IMG/VR virus record: IMGVR_UViG_3300020195_000009
Coordinates: 124,001 to 188,000 of that record
Strand: one strand, 5' to 3'
Length of the DNA stretch: 64,000 nt
Part shown: in pieces, positions 45,504-55,095 of the stretch
How positions within the stretch are numbered: the stretch's first letter is position 1
How the letters are laid out: every line of letters starts with the position of its first letter
Position numbers and translations under genes: made by a program
Notes under the pieces: model-generated
What the model saw: the letters and a program-made list of their open reading frames with translations, nothing else
Database searches by the model: none
What the model was told of the DNA's origin: nothing

Positions 45504-47765
45504 TCAAGGTTTGGTCGGCGCCTCCTCTGAAGAGTCACCGGACCCCCTACTCACACCGGAAACCGTGTTCGCGATCAACTTACCCTGGATATCGTTGAAA
45601 GCTCTCGTGATAGCCCGCTCGAAACCCGTGTTGCGTTGGACCACCTGGTCGTTAGCGATAGCCTTGGAAACGGCGATGTTGTCCCCAAGCAACCAAACTC
45701 GCTTACGAGCCCTTGTCACAGCCGTATAGAACAGGTTTCGTTGAAGCATCCTGCCTTGGGCTCGAACGATTGGAAGGATGACCGTATCGAACTCAGAGCC
45801 TTGGCACTTGTGGACGGTGATCGCGTAGGCCAACCGGAGCTTCTGAGGGATCTCCTTGCGGGGGAACTCAACGAGCATATCAAGCCCATCCTCACCGGCT
45901 CCGTGAACTTTGACGATCACGTGATCGGTACGAATGGTCATGAGTTTCCCCATGTCCCCGTTGTAGACGCCAAGTTCGTAATCGTTCCTGATGACCATGA
46001 CACGGTCACCCTCTCTGAATCTGAGCGCACCGATGACAAGCTCCTTCTTCCCTGGGGAGCTTGGGTTCAACGCCTCACGCAGCTTGTCGTTGAGGTTGCT
46101 TACCCCCACGGTTCCTTCATACTTTGGCGAAAGGACCTGGAAGTTGGCATCCCTGTCTTTCAACTTAAGAGCCATACGGACAACCAAGTCGACAAGCTTT
46201 TCTTCGTCTCCGATAGACACGAAGCGGAAATCGGAGCCTTCAACCCCTGGGACGATCGCCTCCCCTCGGTTGATTCGATGGGAGTTCAGGATGATGTCGC
46301 TGGTCTCTGCCTGACGGAAGATTTGAGTCAGCCGGACCGTTGGGACCTCGGGGCACCGAATCAGCCCCCTAAGGACATTCCCTGGCCCTACCGAGGGGAG
46401 CTGAGCGTCATCCCCCACGAGGACCAAGATGGTACCTTCTTCCAGAGCATCGAGGATGCGGAAGAACAGCTCTTGGTCCACCATCGACATCTCATCGACG
46501 ATGACAGCTCCGACGGGGAACTTGTTGTTGACGTTGTACCCCCAGCGTTCCCCATCGTAACGGAACGTACGGTGAATCGTTGCGGCTGAGTGTCCCGTCA
46601 CCTCGGACAGACGCTTTGAGGCAATGCCCGTGGGTGCCATGAGCGTGAACGTGATCCCGGCCTGCTGGAACAAGCTCACGAAGGTCTTCACCACAGTCGT
46701 CTTGCCTGTCCCAGGCAGCCCCGTGAGGACCAGGACCCGGCTGCTCAAAAGCTTCTCTACGGCTCCCCGCTGAGCCTCTGAGAGGCTGATCTGGTGGATG
46801 GTCTCGTACGACCTCAAGAACTCGTGAGGCTCTACGTCAAGTTGAACGGGCGTAAGGAACCTAGCAAGGTACTCCGCTGACTGGCGTTCGTGACGGAAGT
46901 GGTTGGGGAGGTAGACCCCGACATCGGGGTCCACTCGAACCCCCTCTCGATCTTGAAGCCGGAGAACCGCTTTGTTTAGCTCCTCCGTGAGGCTCCCATC
47001 TCCGAAAGCATCAACGTCCGTCCCCTGGAGCAACTCTCGAAGCTGAGCTGAGATGTCCCCACGACGAACACAGAGGTGCCCTGACTTGGCCGCCTCTCGT
47101 AGGACCCATAGGACAGCCCCTTCAAATCGTCGGGGGTCTCCTCGTTCGACTCCCATGCTATCAGCGACCTCATCGACCTCCCCAAAAGAGAACCCTTCGA
47201 CCTCTAACAGCCGGTAGGGGTTCTCTTGCAGGACCTTCTTGGCCTCGGACCCGAAGGCTTCAAAGAGAGCCTTCATTTGGGTTGAGGAGACCGTATGGTG
47301 AGAGAAGAAGGCAGATAACTCAGAGCTGGTTCGAGCGTAAGCCCAGTCTTCCAGTAGAGAGATGATTGAATCGTCCGTGAGGCCGGGGAGATCCCGAAGC
47401 TTGTCCGGCTCCTCGGAGAGAACGCGGAACAAGTCCACCCCGAACGCATCCACAAGGGTGACTGTTTGGATCTCATCCAGCTCCAAACAGACCCGAAGAA
47501 ACGTATCTACCCCCGCATCCGTGTCGGCCCAAGGCCCCCACCCATGAAGGTCGAACTGACGCCCAAACTTGGGGTGGGAAGTCCATTTCCCAAAGACCTC
47601 AAGAGAGACGCCAGCCGTTATCTGCTGTACACCAAAGATTCGACCCTTGCAGACGATCTTGCGTCCATAGTTGAGAGCATCTCGACCCGAAGGCTCAAGA
47701 GAGAAAATGTAGAAGTCGTCGGTCTTGTGGATGACACTCCACACCCGACCTCGAAGAGACTCCAT
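45504..47765 (-). CDS. recD2: RecD2-like SF1B helicase
   Basis: HPKFGRQF, NPYRL, GLPGTGKTT, APTGIA, TIHR, VDEMSM, GDDAQLPSVGPG, YAITVHKCQGSE, YTAVTRA. Confidence 0.92.
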   Translation of the reverse strand: MESLRGRVWSVIHKTDDFYIFSLEPSGRDALNYGRKIVCKGRIFGVQQITAGVSLEVFGKWTSHPKFGRQFDLHGWGPWADTDAGVDTFLRVCLELDEIQTVTLVDAFGVDLFRVLSEEPDKLRDLPGLTDDSIISLLEDWAYARTSSELSAFFSHHTVSSTQMKALFEAFGSEAKKVLQENPYRLLEVEGFSFGEVDEVADSMGVERGDPRRFEGAVLWVLREAAKSGHLCVRRGDISAQLRELLQGTDVDAFGDGSLTEELNKAVLRLQDREGVRVDPDVGVYLPNHFRHERQSAEYLARFLTPVQLDVEPHEFLRSYETIHQISLSEAQRGAVEKLLSSRVLVLTGLPGTGKTTVVKTFVSLFQQAGITFTLMAPTGIASKRLSEVTGHSAATIHRTFRYDGERWGYNVNNKFPVGAVIVDEMSMVDQELFFRILDALEEGTILVLVGDDAQLPSVGPGNVLRGLIRCPEVPTVRLTQIFRQAETSDIILNSHRINRGEAIVPGVEGSDFRFVSIGDEEKLVDLVVRMALKLKDRDANFQVLSPKYEGTVGVSNLNDKLREALNPSSPGKKELVIGALRFREGDRVMVIRNDYELGVYNGDMGKLMTIRTDHVIVKVHGAGEDGLDMLVEFPRKEIPQKLRLAYAITVHKCQGSEFDTVILPIVRAQGRMLQRNLFYTAVTRARKRVWLLGDNIAVSKAIANDQVVQRNTGFERAITRAFNDIQGKLIANTVSGVSRGSGDSSEEAPTKP

Positions 47766-47770
47766 GGGTT

Positions 47771-49663
47771 CTACCCTTCTACCAACCCAAGGAACTCGTC
47801 TTCCGTGAGGATCTTGGTTCCGTTTTTCTGAGCCGCTGCCGCCTTCGTCGTCGAAGCAGCACTAGCTACGAGGTATGTCAGCTTCTTTGACACCGACGCT
47901 TTCACCTCCCCGCCGTTGCTCGTAACGAGAGCCTCCAACTCAGGACGCTTACGACTCATCGAACCCGTAAAACAGAAGCTCATCCCGGTCAGTTTGCCCC
48001 GGATCTTATCTTGGATAGCCACACCTGCAAGCTCCAAGTCCTCTACGATCCGACCGTGCGTTTGCAACCACTTGAACAAGGACTCAGCCTTTACGGGGCC
48101 GATACCATTCACCTTGACGAGCTGCTCCAGCGTGGCCGATTTGAGAGTCGCGAACGTGTCGTACCCGGCGTCCATCGCCATCTTGATCGTGCTAGTTGCT
48201 ACGCCGGGAATCGAGAGAGCCCCGAGAACCGTCTCCAAGGGGAGGTCTTTCTTCTCGTTGAGGTTTTCAAGAACCTTGGCCGCAACCTTAGGTCCCATGC
48301 GGTCGAGTCCCGCGATCTGCTCTTCCGTGAGTACATAGAGATCGGGGACCGACTTCACGAGACCGGAAGTCACCAACTTCTCCAGAAGCACGTCACCCCA
48401 TTCCAGAATGTTGAGCGTCGAGATCCATTGGGCGAGGCGCCCGACCACCTGAGCCGGACAAGCCCCCCAGTTCGGGCAAACATGGTACTCCCCGTCTTGA
48501 ACCACCTTCACCCCGCAAACGTCGCAGGTCTCTGGAGGTTGGTTGAGGGTGTCGACACCTCGAACCAGAGCCACAACCCGAGGGATCACATCGTTTGCCC
48601 GAGCCACAAGGACCCGAGCCCCAACGTCGATCTTGAGGTCTCGGATGTACTTCCAGTTGTAGAGGCTAGCGTTGGTGACGACCGCACCCATCAGGTTAAC
48701 GGGATCAAACACGGCCACGGGGGTGATGCGTCCAGTTCCTCCGGTCTGCCGTAGAATCTGACGGAGCACTGTCTCCCTCGTGATGGGAGCGAACTTGAAG
48801 GCAACGGCACCTTTAGGTCGGAGGTCCTTCTCTCCCAAGGAAATCTGCTTGGTGAGGTTGTTGATGCGAACAACCAGGCCGTCAATGTCGTAATCAAGCC
48901 GGTCCCGCTTCGACTGCTGGTAGTCGACCCAGATGTCATGGGGGGTTTTGATCCCCACCCACATCCCTGAGAGCGTCCACCATGGCGTCAAAAAACCAAA
49001 CTCCTGAATGAACCGGAACTGGTCTTCTTCCGTTGTGAAGCTGACGCCGTCCGTCACCTGATAAAACATGACCGACAGGTGTTCACACCCTCGACCATCG
49101 TACCGTTTGGCGATTCCACTCGCAGCATTACGCGTGTTGGCGTAGTCGTCTTTGAACCACGCTTGGTGGTCGCTCTTGAGAAGGACGATCTCACCCCGAA
49201 GGGAGAACGAGAGCCTCTTTTGGAGCTTCTCTTTGATCCCCTTCATCTTCAAGACGTTGAGGGTGATGTCCTCGCCAGTATACCCGTCCCCTCGGGTAGT
49301 CGCTTGCGTGAGCTTGCCGTTCAGGTAGCGAACGTGAAGGCTGATCCCATCGAGCTTCTCGGTGACGAAGAGAGACTCCCCACGAGCGTAAGAGTTCACC
49401 CAATCAGTCATCTCTTCAAGGGCGTTCACCTTGTCGAGGGATCCCATCGGGTTCTCGTGTTTGACTTTTTTCCACTCGGAAACAGGGGCGGCCCCGATCG
49501 AAATGACGACCCGATTGATGGCGTCCAACTCCGATAGTTCATCTAACCAAGCATCGTAGACGTCGTCTGTAACTGCCGGTTGCTTGTTGTAGTAGTCGTC
49601 TTTCGCTTTCGCGATGAGACCCTCCAACTCTGCAATCCGAGCCCGCCGCTCCTCGTCAGTCAT
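47771..49663 (-). CDS. ligA: NAD-dependent DNA ligase
   Basis: YY...D..YD, EKLDG, TRGDG, RGE, RNAASG, DGLV, AFKF, Zn finger, HhH, C-terminal BRCT. Confidence 0.95.
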   Translation of the reverse strand: MTDEERRARIAELEGLIAKAKDDYYNKQPAVTDDVYDAWLDELSELDAINRVVISIGAAPVSEWKKVKHENPMGSLDKVNALEEMTDWVNSYARGESLFVTEKLDGISLHVRYLNGKLTQATTRGDGYTGEDITLNVLKMKGIKEKLQKRLSFSLRGEIVLLKSDHQAWFKDDYANTRNAASGIAKRYDGRGCEHLSVMFYQVTDGVSFTTEEDQFRFIQEFGFLTPWWTLSGMWVGIKTPHDIWVDYQQSKRDRLDYDIDGLVVRINNLTKQISLGEKDLRPKGAVAFKFAPITRETVLRQILRQTGGTGRITPVAVFDPVNLMGAVVTNASLYNWKYIRDLKIDVGARVLVARANDVIPRVVALVRGVDTLNQPPETCDVCGVKVVQDGEYHVCPNWGACPAQVVGRLAQWISTLNILEWGDVLLEKLVTSGLVKSVPDLYVLTEEQIAGLDRMGPKVAAKVLENLNEKKDLPLETVLGALSIPGVATSTIKMAMDAGYDTFATLKSATLEQLVKVNGIGPVKAESLFKWLQTHGRIVEDLELAGVAIQDKIRGKLTGMSFCFTGSMSRKRPELEALVTSNGGEVKASVSKKLTYLVASAASTTKAAAAQKNGTKILTEDEFLGLVEG

Positions 49664-49986
49664 GCGTTCATCTTCCCTTTGCCACCAGACATGGCAGAGG
49701 TGATCTCGATCTTTCGACCCCCATTCGGGGACTCTCCGACCTCGACCTTCTCACCTTGAGCTTGCTGTTCTTTGACGATCCGCTCCATCTCCTCGATGGT
49801 CGCCAATGGCGCCAGAACCACCCGAACCTCACGGCCCTTGAAGGTACCCAAGGCTTGTTGGACGTCGAAAGAGAACGGCTTTCCTGCCTGGTCTACCGTG
49901 CGAAGGATGAACCGATCCGACATCGGGTCTTGCTCCACAAGACCTTCGACGAGAAAGACACCCATACCGACTACACCTTGCGTCAT
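49660..49986 (-). CDS. Hypothetical protein
   Basis: 108-aa ORF with ATGA overlap with ligA; an alternative start at MGVFL is possible. Confidence 0.6.
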   Translation of the reverse strand: MTQGVVGMGVFLVEGLVEQDPMSDRFILRTVDQAGKPFSFDVQQALGTFKGREVRVVLAPLATIEEMERIVKEQQAQGEKVEVGESPNGGRKIEITSAMSGGKGKMNA

Positions 49987-50005
49987 TTACGCCTCCAAAA
50001 TGGCC

Positions 50006-50036
50006 AAGCCCCCTCTAGTAACACCAGAGGGGGCTT
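50006..50036 (-). terminator. Hairpin after ribonucleotide reductase gene
   Basis: AAGCCCCCTCT...AGAGGGGGCTT inverted repeat. Confidence 0.55.
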
Positions 50037-50061
50037 AGTAGGAGAGGTTGTTCGCAAAAAG

Positions 50062-52002
50062 TCAGCGGACCGGGCAGATTCCACCCTGACACTCTTCAAC
50101 TTCGATCTCCCCGCCTCGAACAAGCGGGTGATCGTGTTTGATCTGAGCGTAGAGGTTCTGGAACTTGTCTTGCTGAATCTCCTCGTACGGAGCCTGCTTG
50201 TAGCCGTGCTTCTTTGGAAGGCAGCTCGTTGATTTGAGGAACGGTACATACTCCTTCAAGCAGCCGGCCAACTCGTCCTTCTCTTCGTCGGTGAACGAGA
50301 GGGTTGCACTGACCGCATTGTCGGCCCAAGAGTCCTGAACGTCCTTCTGGCGCTCGAACTGCTGACGGATGGTCTCGGATTGAACCGTGACCTCCGTATG
50401 AGCTGACTTCGTGGGGAACGCGAAAACCCAGGTGTGTCCAGACTTGTCGTAGATGTCCTCCTCGTAAGGTACTCCCGCTTCCATCATGGCTCCCGCCATG
50501 GGGTCGTTCTTTGCGATGCGGGTCCGACGAAGGTAGTAGGCGGCGTAGGGAGCGTGAATCCCAGGGCTTGAGCCATTCAAGAGGGAGATGGTCCCTGAGG
50601 GCTTGACTGTTGTGACCGTGATGGGGGCGTTGACGCCAAGCTCCTTGGCGTAGCGGCTCGCCTCATCCCGACAGGCGCCATACCAGTGACGAAGCTGGGG
50701 CTTGTTCCACGCAAAGTCGCAGAGACCCCCAAGGCCGACTCCGACACGCATGTTGTTGAACCCGACTTCTTGGCTCCTTGGATCCGTGAGAGGCGAGAGC
50801 CGCTGCCGGAGACAGTACCTCGTGATGAGGCGGAAGACCGTATCCGGGTCGGTTGAGTCCTCAAACTTGGCCGGGAAGACCTCAGCAAGGTTACAGGCCT
50901 CACGATCATGTAGGAGCTGCTCTCCGCACGGATTTACGCCTTTTGCGCCAGGATCCGTCTTCCAACCAAGAGGGAGATTCAGGATACCCGGCTCCCCGAA
51001 GATGGCGTTGTCCTCCACGAGGGACTTCCAGTCGAACTTCTCGATCTGCTCCCACGACCGGAACGCAAGGGAGTTGTTACTCGTGTGCCGGTGGCTCGTG
51101 ACCTTGTCCCAGTCCTTCTTCGCATCCCGGAAGGGTTGGTCCTCCGCATCCCCAAGAACGATGAGAGCGGATCGACGAACGTTGCCGGCCTTGATGCAGA
51201 GCCCGATGTAGTTGGTGATGTCCAAGCACTCTACAGAGTTGAGGTGGCGTCCCACCGCTCCCCGAATGATGTTCCAGGCAGATCGAAGAAGGTGGGTGAG
51301 GGGGCCGGGGCCGCAAGCGATCCCACCAAACGTCTTGATGGGGAGACCACGAGCCCGAACCTGAGAGACATCCACGATGAGACCCTTGGCCGTGAACGCC
51401 GCCTGTAGGACCTGGCGAAGGGCTTCGACCCACCCCTCACGAGAGTCAGGCACCGTGTAGATCGGGGTCTGGCCGTTGAGAACTTCTTTGCCGTCTGGCT
51501 TGACTTCAGTGATGTCCGGGTGATGCTCAAAGCACCGAACTGCGAGCCTCGCAGCCGGCTCACGTTGAACTATAGGGAGGGTCCTGATGTCGCTCAAACC
51601 GACACCCACGCCGCCTCCGAGCATGAGGCAGTTTGTCGTCCAGCACCAGTCATCGATGCTGTAAAGAGTCGTGAACCAGCAATTGAAACGAGCGTCGGCC
51701 GGGATACCATCGACCCCACCCGTCCAAAGCCCACGACCCGGAGGGAGGGCTTGCCCGGTCCAGAAGAGGTGGAAGAGAAGCTCCGCCTCTTTCTCATCCG
51801 TATGTGATGCGAACGAGATGTTAGACTCGACAACTCGACGAATCGTATCCGTCCACGTCTCTCCACCGCGACAGTACTTGGTGAGGTAAGTCGACCTCGC
51901 CAGGAGGGACTGAAACGGATCCCCCTTGCGGTAGTATGGGCTCAGAAATTCTCTTGAGAACCGAAAGGGGTTCGGTTGCGGCGTCTTTGAGACGATCATC
52001 AT
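50062..52002 (-). CDS. nrdJ: Class II (adenosylcobalamin-dependent, RTPR-type) ribonucleotide reductase
   Basis: PPGRGLW, FNC, GGGVG, GNVRRSA, NPCGE, CNLAE, TVKPSGT, C-terminal ECQGGICPVR; no beta subunit adjacent. Confidence 0.9.
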   Translation of the reverse strand: MMIVSKTPQPNPFRFSREFLSPYYRKGDPFQSLLARSTYLTKYCRGGETWTDTIRRVVESNISFASHTDEKEAELLFHLFWTGQALPPGRGLWTGGVDGIPADARFNCWFTTLYSIDDWCWTTNCLMLGGGVGVGLSDIRTLPIVQREPAARLAVRCFEHHPDITEVKPDGKEVLNGQTPIYTVPDSREGWVEALRQVLQAAFTAKGLIVDVSQVRARGLPIKTFGGIACGPGPLTHLLRSAWNIIRGAVGRHLNSVECLDITNYIGLCIKAGNVRRSALIVLGDAEDQPFRDAKKDWDKVTSHRHTSNNSLAFRSWEQIEKFDWKSLVEDNAIFGEPGILNLPLGWKTDPGAKGVNPCGEQLLHDREACNLAEVFPAKFEDSTDPDTVFRLITRYCLRQRLSPLTDPRSQEVGFNNMRVGVGLGGLCDFAWNKPQLRHWYGACRDEASRYAKELGVNAPITVTTVKPSGTISLLNGSSPGIHAPYAAYYLRRTRIAKNDPMAGAMMEAGVPYEEDIYDKSGHTWVFAFPTKSAHTEVTVQSETIRQQFERQKDVQDSWADNAVSATLSFTDEEKDELAGCLKEYVPFLKSTSCLPKKHGYKQAPYEEIQQDKFQNLYAQIKHDHPLVRGGEIEVEECQGGICPVR

Positions 52003-52017
52003 GAGTGCCCAACTCCT

Positions 52018-53001
52018 TCAACTTGCAAGGTCGAGAATAGCCAGCTCAAGGAGCGTCCTCCGAGAGTGGCTCGTTCGTTTCAGGTCTACATCTAATTTAC
52101 ATAGGTTCTGCATCACGGAGGACAGCCTCCGTTTACTGTGCTTCCCGACTTGCTGGAGAAGAGTCAGTTTGAATCGGTAGGGGTGCATCCCGATACGAGC
52201 GGCGATGTCATCTGGAGCTACACCTGAGTCGAGCATCGTCCGGGTGACGAACAGCTTTTCAGCCTGTTTCATCATGGAATACAATACAGGCATGGCCGGA
52301 TCCTCCGCCACGTGCCGGTACATAGAGGAAAGGGCGTTCAGAGCTTTCTTCGAGTTCTTCTCGAACGCAGCTTCGGCGACGGTCCAAGGTTCTGCCGTGG
52401 ACCCAGGCGACATGACCAACTTGAGGTGGTCGACCGTAACGGGAACCCCAACCGGAACAATGAGCCGAAGCTTCTGAAGCTCACTGGCTAGCCGATAGAG
52501 ATCACCACCCCCGGCTTGGAACATGACACTAGCGGTGCGGTAGTCGATCAAAAGACCAAGCGGCTTGGCCTCCTCTTGGATCCACTTGACGACTTCGTTG
52601 TTGGTGTCGAACGTCTTGAGTTTCTTGAACTCGCGAATCGTTATCTTGTCCCCAAGCTTGGACCAGAAGGCCAACAGCTTTTCGTCTCGAACGATGAAGG
52701 CAAGAACACACCCTAGGTCCCTAGGACCTTTGCCTTCCAGGTACGCCTTCATTGCCTTTTCAGGCTTGAACTTGTTGGCGTTATCAACGACGATGACCCT
52801 TGGCTTAGTGCTAGCCGGATCGTCCAGGTCGACGATCATCGTGGCGCAGATTGAAGCTAGGGCGCTGTCATCTACCGACGGACCATCAACGACCACTACA
52901 GTCCTGGTGGGTTGATCCCGGAAACTGTTGAAGTCGCGATCGAGGAAGTATTCCTCTTCCCCATAGGTCGCAACAACAGGCGTAGTGAATCGGAAGCCCA
53001 T
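52018..53001 (-). CDS. holA: DNA polymerase III delta subunit
   Basis: YGEEEYFL, W..EEAK..G..I, GGDLYRLASELQKL, MHPYR, LCKLD..LK; adjacent to holB. Confidence 0.8.
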   Translation of the reverse strand: MGFRFTTPVVATYGEEEYFLDRDFNSFRDQPTRTVVVVDGPSVDDSALASICATMIVDLDDPASTKPRVIVVDNANKFKPEKAMKAYLEGKGPRDLGCVLAFIVRDEKLLAFWSKLGDKITIREFKKLKTFDTNNEVVKWIQEEAKPLGLLIDYRTASVMFQAGGGDLYRLASELQKLRLIVPVGVPVTVDHLKLVMSPGSTAEPWTVAEAAFEKNSKKALNALSSMYRHVAEDPAMPVLYSMMKQAEKLFVTRTMLDSGVAPDDIAARIGMHPYRFKLTLLQQVGKHSKRRLSSVMQNLCKLDVDLKRTSHSRRTLLELAILDLAS

Positions 53002-53005
53002 GCCC

Positions 53006-53953
53006 TTACCCGCAAAATGCGGCAGCGATGGCCGACTTCAGTTGGAAGGACAGGTTAACGTAAGAGGATTCGTACCTCTCGCTGAGAGTTTTTAACTCCC
53101 CCCACAATTGAAACCATCTGTCGGATTTTGCTCGGTTTCGCATTGTAGTTAGGTCTTCAAGCACGTCCTGGTTGATAGCTCTTTGAGGGTCGACTCGGAC
53201 CACCAGCACGTCATGAACGAGGAAACAAAGGAATCGAAACGCTAGAGGCAACTCTTTGCTAAGTTCGTCGATAGACGCGAAAGAGGACGAAAAGTCCCCC
53301 GTCGCACCCGCAAGCAAAAGCCCGAGTACGGAGTCACGAATTGCGATCCGGTTCGAGCCCCAATACCGGGCGGCTCTACCTACCGAACCTTCTCCCATAC
53401 GGGTGTAGACAAGAGCTTTATCGGGATCCGACTCGAACCTAGAAATTCGCTCAAAGATGAACGAATCACTGAGTTTTCGGAAGGGGACTCTCCCGCAACG
53501 CGACCGGATGGTGGGGAGTACACGCTCGTAGGATTCGGCAAGCATGAAGAAGCGGGAAGCTGCTGGGGGTTCCTCCAAGGTCTTGAGGATTGCGTTAGCT
53601 GCCGGGATCGTCATTCGATCGGCACCATCCACGATGAAGAAGCGGTATGGTGCCGAGGTCGGGTACGAGAAGGATTGCGTAACAATCGCTCGGATTGCGT
53701 CGACTCCTATCTCTTTGTCTGATGGGGCGGACACGACGACTACGTCCGGGTGGGCTCCATGTTCTACTTGAACGTACTCCGGGCTGCCCACACCCCGTTG
53801 CTTGCTGATCAGTTCTTTGACAGCGGAGGTGACCGAGAACTTACGACCCGTACCCTCTTCCCCGATGAGGAGTAACGGAGAAGAGATTTGACCCTCGATC
53901 ACTCTCCGCAGGTAACCCACGGCCTCGTCTTGGCCCACCACATCACTCAACAC
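53006..53953 (-). CDS. holB: DNA polymerase III delta-prime subunit
   Basis: VVGQ, GEEGTGR, HPDV, IGVDAIR, ADRMTIPAANAILKTLEEPP, LPTIRSRC. Confidence 0.9.
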   Translation of the reverse strand: MLSDVVGQDEAVGYLRRVIEGQISSPLLLIGEEGTGRKFSVTSAVKELISKQRGVGSPEYVQVEHGAHPDVVVVSAPSDKEIGVDAIRAIVTQSFSYPTSAPYRFFIVDGADRMTIPAANAILKTLEEPPAASRFFMLAESYERVLPTIRSRCGRVPFRKLSDSFIFERISRFESDPDKALVYTRMGEGSVGRAARYWGSNRIAIRDSVLGLLLAGATGDFSSSFASIDELSKELPLAFRFLCFLVHDVLVVRVDPQRAINQDVLEDLTTMRNRAKSDRWFQLWGELKTLSERYESSYVNLSFQLKSAIAAAFCG

Positions 53954-54140
53954 GACCCACCGGAAGACTGTTTGGCGCAGACTTGGGTTCCACGGGCTCG
54001 ATGACGAGACGAACGAAGTAGTTCTGCTCGCATTGACCGCAGATCATCCTGAAGACTTCCTGCCCGCTTTGACCTAGAACCCCCGCACATCCTGTACGGG
54101 TACACCGCATCATACCTACACGGGAGTCAGAGCCATCCAT
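53943..54140 (-). CDS. Small zinc-ribbon protein
   Basis: CTRTGC...CGQC; overlaps both neighbours. Confidence 0.55.
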   Translation of the reverse strand: MDGSDSRVGMMRCTRTGCAGVLGQSGQEVFRMICGQCEQNYFVRLVIEPVEPKSAPNSLPVGRVE

Positions 54141-54826
54141 TAGAGCTTCACTTTACCCCGAGACTGCAAGAATCGAAGAACCGAACCGTAGACCTCATCC
54201 CCAGCAGCAAGGGTACCGTTGCGGATAGATCGGTCGGTTGCATCCAACCACTTGTCGATGGTTTCTTGGCTCCACGACATCTTGTAGTAGGCCATGCTGA
54301 GGAATTGTTTGCGGATTGAATCCTTCCGCTCGAAGGGGATGTTCCCCGTAAGCCAGAACAGAACAGCCATCGACATGGCGTAGCCCCGCTGCTCCAGGCG
54401 GACTCTCCCTGGGGAGGGCCAAGGGATCAGGCAGGCTAGACCCAAACCAAAGGCGATGAGGGACCACCAACCAAAGAAAAAAGCGAGCACCATCCCCGTG
54501 ATGAGGAACGGGATCAGAAGTACTTGGGGGAGGGCGTAGCTCAGGCGAAACCAAAGCGGGCTCGCCTTCGTGTCGAGAAGGTGGACCCGCTCATGAGCCA
54601 GCGTGATGAGAGATCGGCCCGGATCCTTCTCGTAGGACTCCTGGGTGGGGAACCAGACCATCGGGTAGAAGGTCGTCGTGTACGACGTCATATAGCCGGG
54701 GTTGAACGGCTTCATGATCAGACCAAGCAGCTTGTGGAAGTTCGACGTGTTCTTCCAGTCGAGCTTGAAGCCCGGTACCACTGCGGCTGTGTCTGCTTCA
54801 AATGCCCGAAGGTCGGTCAGGTCCAT
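54140..54826 (-). CDS. Membrane-anchored HExxH zinc metallopeptidase-like protein
   Basis: LAHERVH, then two hydrophobic helices and a downstream E (RLEQRGY). Confidence 0.6.
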   Translation of the reverse strand: MDLTDLRAFEADTAAVVPGFKLDWKNTSNFHKLLGLIMKPFNPGYMTSYTTTFYPMVWFPTQESYEKDPGRSLITLAHERVHLLDTKASPLWFRLSYALPQVLLIPFLITGMVLAFFFGWWSLIAFGLGLACLIPWPSPGRVRLEQRGYAMSMAVLFWLTGNIPFERKDSIRKQFLSMAYYKMSWSQETIDKWLDATDRSIRNGTLAAGDEVYGSVLRFLQSRGKVKL

Positions 54827-54856
54827 TGCGGCAAGGGAGCCTTGCCCAAAAGGAGA

Positions 54857-55090
54857 TTAGAGGTTGACCGACCCCCCTACCGACAGGTGCCATGTGTGGT
54901 TGCACTTGACGCACTGATACAGGCGTTGATGAGACGCTCCTGACCCTTCAGGCGCAGCACCAGAGGTGATTTCGGTTGCTTGGATCGAAGTGCAGCTATC
55001 GTTGCGGCACTTCATGTGGATCATCTTCGGTCCTGGCTTGGCTTCCGGCACCAAACCGGGGCTCACACCTGTTTTGTCGAAGCTCATCAT
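54857..55090 (-). CDS. TFIIS/RPB9-like zinc-ribbon protein
   Basis: KCRNDSC...RLYQCVKCNHTW. Confidence 0.55.
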   Translation of the reverse strand: MMSFDKTGVSPGLVPEAKPGPKMIHMKCRNDSCTSIQATEITSGAAPEGSGASHQRLYQCVKCNHTWHLSVGGSVNL

Positions 55091-55095
55091 GACTC

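Noticed and set aside
21385-52002. Inteins or group I introns in terL, recA, recD2, ligA or nrdJ
   Set aside because: Protein lengths are normal, motifs are contiguous, and no C/S...HN-C/S/T splice junctions or LAGLIDADG blocks were noticed.
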